Shown here: positions 10,130 to 18,275 of the stretch, one piece after another | How positions within the stretch are numbered: position 1 is the first letter of the stretch | Layout of the letters: the number at the start of each line of letters is the position of its first letter | NCBI GenBank assembly: GCA_035558335.1 | Contig: DATMCM010000399.1 | Span: 1-53,515 of the forward strand | Direction: 5' to 3' | Length of the DNA stretch: 53,515 nt | Source: Blastocatellia bacterium | GTDB taxonomy: Bacteria > Acidobacteriota > Blastocatellia > UBA7656 | Notes under the pieces: model-generated | The model's input: the letters and a program-made list of their open reading frames with translations, nothing else | Databases searched by the model: none | What the model was told of the DNA's origin: nothing | Made by a program: the position numbers and the translations under genes

Positions 10130-10342
10130 TACATCATCTCCCTGAAACTTGATTCAATTCTACTGTTGGCCCGGTTGAATCCACAAGCGCGCGGTTCTAA
10201 GAATGTCTAGCTTGCAATTTGGCCAAATGCTCAATGATCTCGTCAACCGGTCTTCGTAGTTGATGCTGAAGTGTTATATGATCGTTCGCCACGCATTCAA
10301 CGGCCTTGCGATTTTGTGCTGGCCGGTCACGCGGTATCTGCT

Positions 10343-11254
10343 ATGAAAGTGTTGATCTGCAGCGACGGTTCGGAGCAAGCGCAGAATGCAGTACGATTTG
10401 GCGGGCTCATAGCCGAACGATGTAAAGCCGAAACCACGATTCTTGGTATAACCGAGAAACCCGCCGAAGAAGATGCGGTGTTCGATGCTCTTCGCCGCGC
10501 GCAACAGCTTCTTAAGGATCGCGGAGTCGCTGCCGAATTGATAATCAAGGCAGGCGAGCCAATCGCTGAGATAGTCAAACGCAGTGGAGAAACCGGCTAT
10601 GATCTGGTTGTGATCGGAGCCGTAAGGAAGGGAACTCGCGGACCCTTTCTGATGTCGGCGAAGGCCTACAAGATAATCAAAGCGGTAGCCCCGCCGGTAC
10701 TGGTCGTAATCGGAAACCGCGAAAGCGTGAAACGAGTGCTGGTGTGCAGCGGCGGCGAGAAGTACATCGATCGAGCTGTTGAGGTCTCCGGGGTGATCGC
10801 CCGGGCGGCTGGGGCGGCGGTGACTCTGTTCCACGTAATGGCCGAGCCTCCAGCTGTCTATTCCGATCTCATCAAAATGGAAGAGGACATTAACCTCCTG
10901 CTTCACTCGAACTCGGGTCTCGGTCAGAACTTGCGAAGAGAGAAAGAGCTTCTCGAAGATATGGGCGTACCAAGTGAAGTCCGCTTACGGCACGGCTTGG
11001 TGATCAGCGAGGTTTTCAAGGAGATCCGCCGCGGTGACTACGATCTGGTTGTGACGGGTTCGTCGCCGGTGGGCGGGACTCTGAGGACTTATATTATGGG
11101 CAACATCACTCGCGAGATCGTCAATCGCGCCGAGTGCCCGGTCCTGGTTGTACGCGGAGGAGAAGAGCCGGCCGGGCTCGGCCGAAGCCTCAAAGGCTTC
11201 TTCTCCGACATCACTCATGTCTTCGGTCATTCAAAGGCAAATGACGAGCAATAA
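10343..11254 (+). CDS. universal stress protein, tandem UspA domains
   Basis: ORF 10271..11254. The likely start is the internal ATG 10343 (MKVLICSDGSEQA). There are two Usp-like halves, each ending in a ...VLVV motif (PPVLVVIGN; CPVLVVRGG). Confidence 0.8.
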   Translation: MKVLICSDGSEQAQNAVRFGGLIAERCKAETTILGITEKPAEEDAVFDALRRAQQLLKDRGVAAELIIKAGEPIAEIVKRSGETGYDLVVIGAVRKGTRGPFLMSAKAYKIIKAVAPPVLVVIGNRESVKRVLVCSGGEKYIDRAVEVSGVIARAAGAAVTLFHVMAEPPAVYSDLIKMEEDINLLLHSNSGLGQNLRREKELLEDMGVPSEVRLRHGLVISEVFKEIRRGDYDLVVTGSSPVGGTLRTYIMGNITREIVNRAECPVLVVRGGEEPAGLGRSLKGFFSDITHVFGHSKANDEQ

Positions 11255-11266
11255 CCTCGCTGACAA

Positions 11267-11290
11267 CTCGTTCGACTAGCGCCGAACGAG
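11267..11290. terminator. perfect 8-bp stem hairpin between convergent genes (possible bidirectional terminator, no U-tract)
   Basis: ctcgttcg-actagcgc-cgaacgag, located 13 nt after the USP stop and about 130 nt after the TonB receptor stop on the other strand. Confidence 0.3.
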
Positions 11291-11417
11291 CGCTCGCGCC
11301 CCAAATTCTTCTCCCAACAACCGAGCTAACTCATCGCATGTCGGCATCGACGGTTCATTTGACTGGCGTATTTGATTAGACCGTAGTCTAAGCTGGCACT
11401 GCTCCACCTGAGACGAT

Positions 11418-13760
11418 TCAGAATCTAGCGGTAAGACCAACGCGAATACCGCGGGACGAACCCGGTGAGATGTTATTGTTGTTATCAGCGTTGACGTAGT
11501 ACCTCTTGTCGAAAAGGTTCTCCACGTTCGCCTGAAGGCGCATTTTTTCGGTGAGGTTGAAATAAACGGCCGCATCAGCTCTTGTGTATCCCGGTAGCGT
11601 CACCGTGTCATCGATCGCCGCGAACATATCGGTCCGATGAACGATTCCAAAACCGGCTGCCAACCTGGAGAGGAACTGATAGTTATTCCACAAAGAGAAG
11701 TTGTGATGCGGCACCTGCGCGACTTGTGCGCCGAGGCGTGCTGCCGTGGTTGCGCTGGTGATGAACGCATCCTGATACGCATAGCCGCCGGCGATTCCCC
11801 AGGCTCGGGTGATGTTTCCATTTAATCCGATCTCAAACCCGTTCGTGCGCTGACTGCCGGTTTGGACGATCCTGGTCGGATTGTTCGGATCGGTGGCCCT
11901 CGTGTTTGTGCGGTCCAAACGATAGACAGCAGTCGTGAGGGAGAGTGACCGGTCAACATCCCACTTGACGCCCATTTCATAGTTGCTGAACTTCTCCGGT
12001 TTAACCTGCTGAGTAATTGTGGTCAGCGATGAGAATTGGTCTCCCGAGCTCGGGAGATAGGAGACGGAGTAGTTTCCATAGACCGAGATGTTGGTTACAG
12101 GCTTGAACACCACTCCAAATCGCGGTGAAGCCAGGTTGTCGATGCGACGCAGATTATCACCGTTCCGATTGTTGTGATACCGCAGATCGAAATGGTCGAA
12201 CCGCAGCCCAGCGACTAACTGAAGGTGTCTGGAAAGATCGATCTGGTCCTGCACGTAAGCCGCACCCAGGTTTGTCTTTAGGTGATTGTCGGCGTCAGTC
12301 GCATTCTGGCGAAAAGTAACAGGCGTGCTTATGGTCGGGTTGGCAAAAGGCACCGGGATCGTTGTGGCGGTGTTGTTAAAGAATCCCGAATTTCGGAAGT
12401 TATCCGTCAGTTGCCGGCCCAGTTCAGCGCCGACCAGAAATGTGTGCCGAATTATTCCCGTTGACATCGAGTAGGTGAGGTCTGTCTGGTTGAACACGTT
12501 CTGGCGCTCTGTCGCGTTATTGTAAGCAGAAAGCGCGACCTGTTTCTCATCTGGCGTAACAGGACCCGGAACATAATTCTGGTACCCCCTGTCATAGGCG
12601 CCGAACAGCGTGCGGTTGCGAATGTTCAAGGAGCCGGCCTGGTGATCGATGGTCACCCATCCGAGATTCACGAGGGCTCTTACGTGGCTGTTGGCCGGAT
12701 TCCCAAAGAAGGTAGAAACGTCGGTGTCTGCGGGTAGTCCTTGAAACGACGGAATTCCCCGATCGGCAGCACGGTTGTCACTGAAATGTTCGTAAGCCAA
12801 AGTGATCTTGGTCTGATTACCGGCAAGGATCGTCAGAGTCGGGTTGACCCCGTAGTGCTCGAGATCCACAAAATCCCGAAAACTTCCTGAGTTTTCATAG
12901 ACACCATTGAAGCGGAGGGCTACTGACTGGCCGAAGGGTTGATCGAAGTCAGCAGCTATTCGCTTGTTGCTGAAAGACCCGCCTTGCAGCGTTATTTCTC
13001 TTAACTGGGTGAGACCTGCTTCTTTGGTTACCCTGTTGATAACTCCTCCCCCGCCGCCGCGGCCGAAAATCATCGCATTAGGCCCTCTTAAAACCTCTAC
13101 TCGGTCCAGGTTGTAAAGATCACGGTAGTACTGCACGTCGTCACGCACCCCATTGAGGAAGAAGTCCGCAGATGAGCTGACCCCTCGGATCACAACCTGA
13201 TCGCGATTATTCTCGCCCTGATGAGCCGTGATGCCCGGCACGTAGCGAACAACGTCGCCAAGGTTCGTCAGCAGTTGATCCCTGATTTGTTGTTGAGTCA
13301 CGATGGTGATCGATTGCGGGATATCTCGCAAAGGCGTGGGAGTCTTAGTGGCGCTGTTGATCGCCGCGGTTTGGTAATCAGCAGCAACAACTGTGATCGT
13401 GTTGTGCTGTTCCGCAATCTGTAACATGACCGTAAGTAGTTCAGCTCCCGATTTTGTGAGCATCAACGATTGGGCGTGTTCCTGAAAACCTTCCGCCACG
13501 ATTGTGACTGAGTAGGCGCCCGGCTCGAGCAAGAGAGAGAACTCGCCAAACTGGTCGGACACGGTTGAAATACTGGAGGCTCTGCCATCAATCACCGCAG
13601 TGACTCTAGCATCGGAGATCGGGGCACGCGCAGGATCGAGCACCTTTCCTCGCACTGTTAGCCTCGAAGATTGCGCTTGCACCTGACCAATCAGCAGCAC
13701 TGCAATCATCGTAAGAGACAACACCCGAACCAAACTGCCGGGAACGCTCGCACGTAACAC
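11418..13760 (-). CDS. TonB-dependent (siderophore-type) outer-membrane receptor with N-terminal CarboxypepD_reg-like domain
   Basis: ORF 11418..13940 with the start re-set to GTG 13760, preceded by GGGGAGGA plus 5 nt. This gives the signal peptide VLRASVPGSLVRVLSLTMIAVLLIGQVQA/QS. Also present: a CarboxypepD_reg-like segment (RLTVRGKVLDPARAPISDARVT...), plug and barrel motifs, and a C-terminal aromatic residue (...GLTARF). Confidence 0.9.
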   Translation of the reverse strand: MLRASVPGSLVRVLSLTMIAVLLIGQVQAQSSRLTVRGKVLDPARAPISDARVTAVIDGRASSISTVSDQFGEFSLLLEPGAYSVTIVAEGFQEHAQSLMLTKSGAELLTVMLQIAEQHNTITVVAADYQTAAINSATKTPTPLRDIPQSITIVTQQQIRDQLLTNLGDVVRYVPGITAHQGENNRDQVVIRGVSSSADFFLNGVRDDVQYYRDLYNLDRVEVLRGPNAMIFGRGGGGGVINRVTKEAGLTQLREITLQGGSFSNKRIAADFDQPFGQSVALRFNGVYENSGSFRDFVDLEHYGVNPTLTILAGNQTKITLAYEHFSDNRAADRGIPSFQGLPADTDVSTFFGNPANSHVRALVNLGWVTIDHQAGSLNIRNRTLFGAYDRGYQNYVPGPVTPDEKQVALSAYNNATERQNVFNQTDLTYSMSTGIIRHTFLVGAELGRQLTDNFRNSGFFNNTATTIPVPFANPTISTPVTFRQNATDADNHLKTNLGAAYVQDQIDLSRHLQLVAGLRFDHFDLRYHNNRNGDNLRRIDNLASPRFGVVFKPVTNISVYGNYSVSYLPSSGDQFSSLTTITQQVKPEKFSNYEMGVKWDVDRSLSLTTAVYRLDRTNTRATDPNNPTRIVQTGSQRTNGFEIGLNGNITRAWGIAGGYAYQDAFITSATTAARLGAQVAQVPHHNFSLWNNYQFLSRLAAGFGIVHRTDMFAAIDDTVTLPGYTRADAAVYFNLTEKMRLQANVENLFDKRYYVNADNNNNISPGSSRGIRVGLTARF

Positions 13761-13887
13761 CTCGGTCCTCCCCTTGCCTTCAGTTAGCGGATCTTTCAAG
13801 CCCAACGGTCGAGCCCAGCGAACCCCTTGGCTCATAATCGGCAATGACGCACAGTCCAAAAGGAGCGCACTATCCAAGTTCTGAAGT

Positions 13888-13902
13888 TGAAAGTCATTTT
13901 CA
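13888..13902 (-). promoter_or_regulatory. Fur-box-like AT-rich palindrome overlapping the predicted transcription start of the TonB receptor gene
   Basis: TGAAAGTCATTTTCA contains TTGAAA-N5-TTTCAA arms. It matches the 7-1-7 Fur motif TGATAATnATTATCA at 11 of 14 positions and sits immediately downstream of the -10 element. Confidence 0.4.
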
Positions 13903-13911
13903 AGAATTGAC

Positions 13912-13940
13912 ATCGTACAACTTTCAGAAAAAGGTGTCAA
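13912..13940 (-). promoter_or_regulatory. sigma-70-type promoter of the TonB receptor gene
   Basis: The minus strand reads TTGACA - 17 nt - TACGAT (-35 at 13940..13935, -10 at 13917..13912). The TTG used by the ORF track as a start codon is the TTGACA itself. Confidence 0.6.
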
Positions 13941-13955
13941 TATGTTTCTTGGTTC

Positions 13956-13975
13956 TGGTTGGAACTGGTTGGAAC
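13956..13975. repeat. tandem direct decamer TGGTTGGAAC x2 (plus a partial third unit) just upstream of the -35
   Basis: tggttggaac tggttggaac at 13956-13975, preceded by ttggttc. This corresponds to roughly -50 to -70 relative to the predicted start site of the receptor gene. Confidence 0.5.
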
Positions 13976-14081
13976 CTCGGTCAGGCGGAATGCGGGTGAT
14001 GGGTTCTGAAACGGAGCCTATTGTGCTGAGGGAGGATGCTTCCTTGCTGGAGCTGGCGAAACCGGATCTGTGCGCTGGACT

Positions 14082-17000
14082 TTACACGTTAAAGTTGAGT
14101 CGATCCATTTTTAGATAAAGACCCTTGCGAGAAAGCCCCAGCTCCTTTGATGCGCGAGCGATGTTGCCTGATGAGCGTCGAAGCGCCTCTTGAATCATTC
14201 GTCTCTCCAGCTCTTCGACCGCCTCGGACAACACTGTAGCAGTCGAAGCCTCACCACGAGACGCGGTCGGCTTCGGCGCGTTTATCGGTACAGGGTCGAT
14301 TTCGCGACTGGCTCTGATGATTTCTGCCGAGAGTCCGTCGGGCGTGGCAACCGTACCCGACTCGGTGTAAGCGACGACTCGGCGAACCTCGTTGCACAAC
14401 TGACGCACATTCCCGGGCCAGTCATAGACGACCATCAAGTCGACGGCTTCCTCGGATAGCCTGATCTCGTTCTTTGCAGAGTCTTGCTGGTACTGGTGGA
14501 GGTAGTGATTGATAAGCGCGGGTATCTCTTCACGCCGCTGCCTCAGGGGAGGCACTTGTATTCGAATCACGTTTAGCCGATGGAAGAGGTCTTCGCGAAA
14601 TCTTCCCTCGGTGACGCCGCGTTCGAGGTCTGAGTTGGTGGCCGCGACGGCGCGAACATCGACTTTCAACGGTTGGCTCTCGCCTATGGGATGTATCTCA
14701 CCTTCCTGGAGAAATCGCAGCAGTTTGGGTTGGAGGGTCAACGGAAGGTCGCCTATCTCATCCAGGAACAGTGTGCCGCGTTCAGCGCTCCGAATAATTC
14801 CTTCGCTGTTGGCGACTGCGCCGGTGAAGGCGCCTTTCCGAAAGCCGAACAACTGGCTCTCGATCATCTCGTGCGGCGCAGCCGAGCAATTGAATGGAAG
14901 GAAGACGTTCAGACGCCGGGAGCTGCTTGCGTGAACCGCTCGGGCTACCAGTTCTTTGCCGGTGCCTGATTCGCCGGTGATCAAAACGGTCACATCCGAT
15001 GAGCGAATCTTATGGATTTGCTCAATCACGCTGGTCATCGCGCGGCTTGCACATACAAACCCCGGCAGTTCCACTTGCGACAACACGCGCGCCGGATCGA
15101 AGACCTGAGTGCGTCGCGTTTTCATCTTTAGCGTGTAAGTCTCCAGTCCCTGCTCGACGAGGTAGAGCACCGGGCGCAAGTTGACCGCCCCGCTTCGGAA
15201 TCGCTCGGCGTGTGGTTCAATGATGTGGAGTAGAAAGTTCAACTGCTGGTTGTCGGCGAGCCGGTAGACGTGGTTCTTGCGATACTCGGCGGCGGGCAGT
15301 TCGGACAGGAACTCTAACTCCTGGCTTTGGCCTCGGTCGTCGAGCCCGAGCGAAGCCGCCACTTTCAACTTAACTCGGTCTGCAGTCACGTCGTCGCTGA
15401 GTAGTTCAGCCACCAACACTGCGCGGCTCAATGCCTGATCGCGAACAATTGCGGCGAGTTCGTGCAGCAGGAGATCGCGTGAGACCGCCGCCTGCACGAG
15501 GCGCTGTGCGGTGAATCCATCCAGACACGATGCCAGATCGGGGTTCGAGCGCACGGTCGCTGCCCGGACAGGCTGGGCCGCCGTGCTTCCTTGAGACCGG
15601 GCATCAGCGCTCCTTAGCGATGCAAGATAGGTTCTGGCCGTTCGCTCGTTGAGCGCCGCCCCGAGGCGTTCGAAGACTTGAAGCGCCGACTCAGTTTCGT
15701 CTATGGCGCTTGGGATGTCGCCCTGACGTTCCAGTAGTTCCGCAAGAAAAATGCGATTGACCGCACACTCGAAGACGTTGCCGCGCAAATCATAGATTGA
15801 CGTGCTTTGTCCGAGAGACTGAACGGCGGCAGCGATGTGTCCATCTGCGGCTTCCACCTTCGCAAGAGTCCGCATCATCAGGCCCCACGACAGCATGCTT
15901 GGCGCGTCTCGCAAGTAGACACGCACGGCCTCGGCGATCTCGCGGGCTTCTTCCAAGTGGCCGCTCAACAGCATCGCATCGGCGAGCAGAAGGCGGGCTT
16001 CGGACGCGTAACGAAGACCACCGCCGCGCATGCAGATGTCGACCGCACGGGTCAGAGGCTGCTTCGCTTCCTCGATTTGGCCTTTCTCGAGGCAGCTCAG
16101 TCCGATCGTGACCAGAGTGCTGACTTCGATCCATTCTCCGGTCTTCGCCGCGCGAAAAATATTCAAAGATTCTTCGAGCAATCGGTCTGCTTCTTCTATG
16201 TTTCCCTTGTGCAGTTGCAGTCTGGCCAGAGTATCGATCGTCGTACCGTACTGCGCAGGAAAGGTCGATTCCTTTAATACCTCGATTGCTCGACCAGTGA
16301 GCTCCTCTGCGCGATCCCACTCGCCGAGCCAGATTAGTTTGTCGGCGAGGTTGTTCTGGTTGATCGCCAGGTGCACGAGGTTTCCAGCCTTGTGGAAGTG
16401 GTCGAGACACTTGTCCCACGAGTCGAGCGCTTTGCTTGTCGATCCAAGATTGTCGTAGGTGATCGCCAGGTACATATGGGCGCGGCCGAGGAGGTCGTGC
16501 TCGTCGCGATCGCCTATTATGGCCAGCGTCTGCTTGAGCGATTGAAGCGAGTTCCGATAATCGCCTTCGTACGCATTGATATAGCCGATGAAAAGATATG
16601 ATTCTGCGAGCTTTCGCCAGTCACCCGTGTGCCGGTAGTGCTCTAGCGCCGAGGCGTAGTGATCGCGTGCGATGCGAATCTCAGAGAGCTGCCGGTACGC
16701 GCGCCCCAACCCGAAGTAACACGCACCGATTCCCGCGTGATCTTCAAGGCCTCGAGCGATCTTCATCGCCTGGTTGAATAACGCGATCGCGCGTGGTAAG
16801 TCGTTGCTGAAGGAATATCCCCAGCCCAGACGCACCAGCACCAGCATCTTGTTTCGTTCTGAGAGTCGCGAGAACTCGGCCAGTTTTTCGTACTTGGCTA
16901 CTGCGTCGATCTGTTCCCGGTACAGGCTGCGCTTCTCAAATGCTTCGCTGAGCAGCGTGCGGATCAGAACCTCTTCCTCGGCTGAACGCGCGCCCGCGCG

Positions 17001-17117
17001 CAACGCCGACCGCAGATAGTTGGCCGCGTCTTCAAACCGGCTTTCTTCCAGCGCAGCTTGACCGGCCGCTAGCGCATCCTCGCTGCTGAGATTGCGAGCC
17101 ACATCTCTACTTGCCAT
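14082..17117 (-). CDS. sigma-54-dependent transcriptional activator with long N-terminal TPR array (no receiver domain)
   Basis: 1011-aa ORF. The first ~480 aa are TPR-like repeats (many A..Y....G/AL..Y periodic helices), followed by a central ~150 aa possible GAF-like region. The AAA+ domain has [16 protein letters not shown] and intact GAFTGA. C-terminal Fis HTH (IARASKELGLSRKGLYLKMDRL). Confidence 0.9.
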   Translation of the reverse strand: MASRDVARNLSSEDALAAGQAALEESRFEDAANYLRSALRAGARSAEEEVLIRTLLSEAFEKRSLYREQIDAVAKYEKLAEFSRLSERNKMLVLVRLGWGYSFSNDLPRAIALFNQAMKIARGLEDHAGIGACYFGLGRAYRQLSEIRIARDHYASALEHYRHTGDWRKLAESYLFIGYINAYEGDYRNSLQSLKQTLAIIGDRDEHDLLGRAHMYLAITYDNLGSTSKALDSWDKCLDHFHKAGNLVHLAINQNNLADKLIWLGEWDRAEELTGRAIEVLKESTFPAQYGTTIDTLARLQLHKGNIEEADRLLEESLNIFRAAKTGEWIEVSTLVTIGLSCLEKGQIEEAKQPLTRAVDICMRGGGLRYASEARLLLADAMLLSGHLEEAREIAEAVRVYLRDAPSMLSWGLMMRTLAKVEAADGHIAAAVQSLGQSTSIYDLRGNVFECAVNRIFLAELLERQGDIPSAIDETESALQVFERLGAALNERTARTYLASLRSADARSQGSTAAQPVRAATVRSNPDLASCLDGFTAQRLVQAAVSRDLLLHELAAIVRDQALSRAVLVAELLSDDVTADRVKLKVAASLGLDDRGQSQELEFLSELPAAEYRKNHVYRLADNQQLNFLLHIIEPHAERFRSGAVNLRPVLYLVEQGLETYTLKMKTRRTQVFDPARVLSQVELPGFVCASRAMTSVIEQIHKIRSSDVTVLITGESGTGKELVARAVHASSSRRLNVFLPFNCSAAPHEMIESQLFGFRKGAFTGAVANSEGIIRSAERGTLFLDEIGDLPLTLQPKLLRFLQEGEIHPIGESQPLKVDVRAVAATNSDLERGVTEGRFREDLFHRLNVIRIQVPPLRQRREEIPALINHYLHQYQQDSAKNEIRLSEEAVDLMVVYDWPGNVRQLCNEVRRVVAYTESGTVATPDGLSAEIIRASREIDPVPINAPKPTASRGEASTATVLSEAVEELERRMIQEALRRSSGNIARASKELGLSRKGLYLKMDRLNFNV

Positions 17118-17145
17118 TTTGGCCTTTGGAACCGGGGCGTCATCC

Positions 17146-17162
17146 GAGCAATCTGATTGCTC
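17146..17162. promoter_or_regulatory. 7-3-7 perfect palindrome GAGCAATctgATTGCTC in the 5' region of the activator gene
   Basis: Read directly from the sequence. It lies 29-45 nt upstream of ATG 17117 (minus strand). Confidence 0.35.
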
Positions 17163-17284
17163 TACATAACCAAGGACAAGGGTTCCGATACGGGTGACAA
17201 GTATTTTTTATACGAACCTGATCCCCAAAATCGTGGGGATTCTATTGGTTGCGAGTTCCAAAGTCAAGAGACCACCAAGCTTAG

Positions 17285-17301
17285 TGTCCTACAATAGGAC
17301 A
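17285..17301. promoter_or_regulatory. 7-3-7 perfect palindrome TGTCCTAcaaTAGGACA (candidate operator)
   Basis: Read directly from the sequence, in the 425-bp divergent intergenic region. Confidence 0.35.
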
Positions 17302-17542
17302 ACACCATTCGGTCCGTGTGACGTCTCAGCTATCTTACCAGCCGAGTGACCTTAGGCGGGGCGGGCAGTACCGGCGTTCCGAAGACGAGGCGAGTTGTGC
17401 CAATCATCAAGCCGGTCCTACTAGAAGCTGGCGCGTCCGAACTTCGTTGTATTTTCTTTCGAGTTTCGACCTCCTTAACTATGTGGTGTTTTTGATTAAC
17501 GCAAAGGGACTGTTGTATTCTGAATGACGTCGCTGAACCAAC

Positions 17543-18250
17543 ATGCTCACGCCTAAAAGAATCTACGTCGAGGAAATGCTTGATGCCGGAATTGGGACCG
17601 ACGACGATGTCGCTCAAAACCTGTCAGACCTTCGCAGGATCAATCGGTTTCTAGGGGGCACGCGTGTTGTACTGGACGCGCTGTCATCCAATCTGGCTAA
17701 CGACCCTTCCGATGGATTGTCTCTTCTTGACGTTGGCACCGGCTCTGCGGATATACCAGGTGCAGTCGCAGGTTGGTGCCGAGGTCGCGGCGTGGCGCCG
17801 ATGATCGTGGCACTCGATTTGAGCGAGCGAAACTTGAGAGTCTCGCGGAGCCATCTGGGAGTCAGCGAGCAGGTTCAGTTAATTCAGGCGGACTCGTTGA
17901 AGCTGCCGTTTGTCGATCGCAGCTTTGAATTTGTGACGGCCTCACTCTTCCTCCATCACTTTGAAGATGCCGACGTCGTGCGCTTGCTTGCAGACTTCTC
18001 GCGTGTTGCCAGACGGGCCGTGATCGTCAACGATCTGGTGCGAAACCTTGTCCCGTATTACTTCAGTTTAATCACCGGACCCATTCTCGCGCGGAGTTTC
18101 TTGACGCGCAACGACGGGCCAGTCTCGGTCCTGCGAGGCTTCACCGCGGACGAGCTGCAAGATTTGGCCTCGCGAGCGGGCCTGAAGCGCTCCACGGTCC
18201 GCCGCGTCTTCCCGTATCGGCTCTCACTGATCGCCGAGCCTGGCGATTGA
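17543..18250 (+). CDS. class I SAM-dependent methyltransferase
   Basis: 235-aa ORF with motif I LLDVGTGSADIP and post-I/II motifs (ALDLSERNL; FVTASLFLHHF). Confidence 0.8.
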   Translation: MLTPKRIYVEEMLDAGIGTDDDVAQNLSDLRRINRFLGGTRVVLDALSSNLANDPSDGLSLLDVGTGSADIPGAVAGWCRGRGVAPMIVALDLSERNLRVSRSHLGVSEQVQLIQADSLKLPFVDRSFEFVTASLFLHHFEDADVVRLLADFSRVARRAVIVNDLVRNLVPYYFSLITGPILARSFLTRNDGPVSVLRGFTADELQDLASRAGLKRSTVRRVFPYRLSLIAEPGD

Positions 18251-18275
18251 TTTGCATAAATGGTGCAGGGCGACT

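Noticed and set aside
13761-13905. Possible cobalamin or other riboswitch in the ~145-nt leader of the TonB receptor
   Set aside because: I found no B12-box-like sequence or other riboswitch core motif, although only a covariance-model search could exclude one.
13761-13940. N-terminal 60-codon extension of the TonB receptor (TTG start at 13940)
   Set aside because: The TTG is the -35 hexamer of a TTGACA-17-TACGAT promoter. The extension precedes the signal peptide by about 60 residues and has no RBS. GTG 13760 behind GGGGAGGA gives a normal signal peptide.
15790-16419. 209-aa minus-strand ORF plus several 100-156-aa plus-strand ORFs inside 14082-17117
   Set aside because: These are alternative-frame or antisense ORFs within the sigma-54 activator gene. 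Their composition is Arg/Ser/Pro-rich and they have no motifs.
17811-17826. TGGCAC-N5-TTGA sigma-54-like string (a similar TGGCAC occurs at 53086-53091)
   Set aside because: Both lie inside well-supported coding sequences (the methyltransferase and folE) and lack the -12 GC at the correct spacing.
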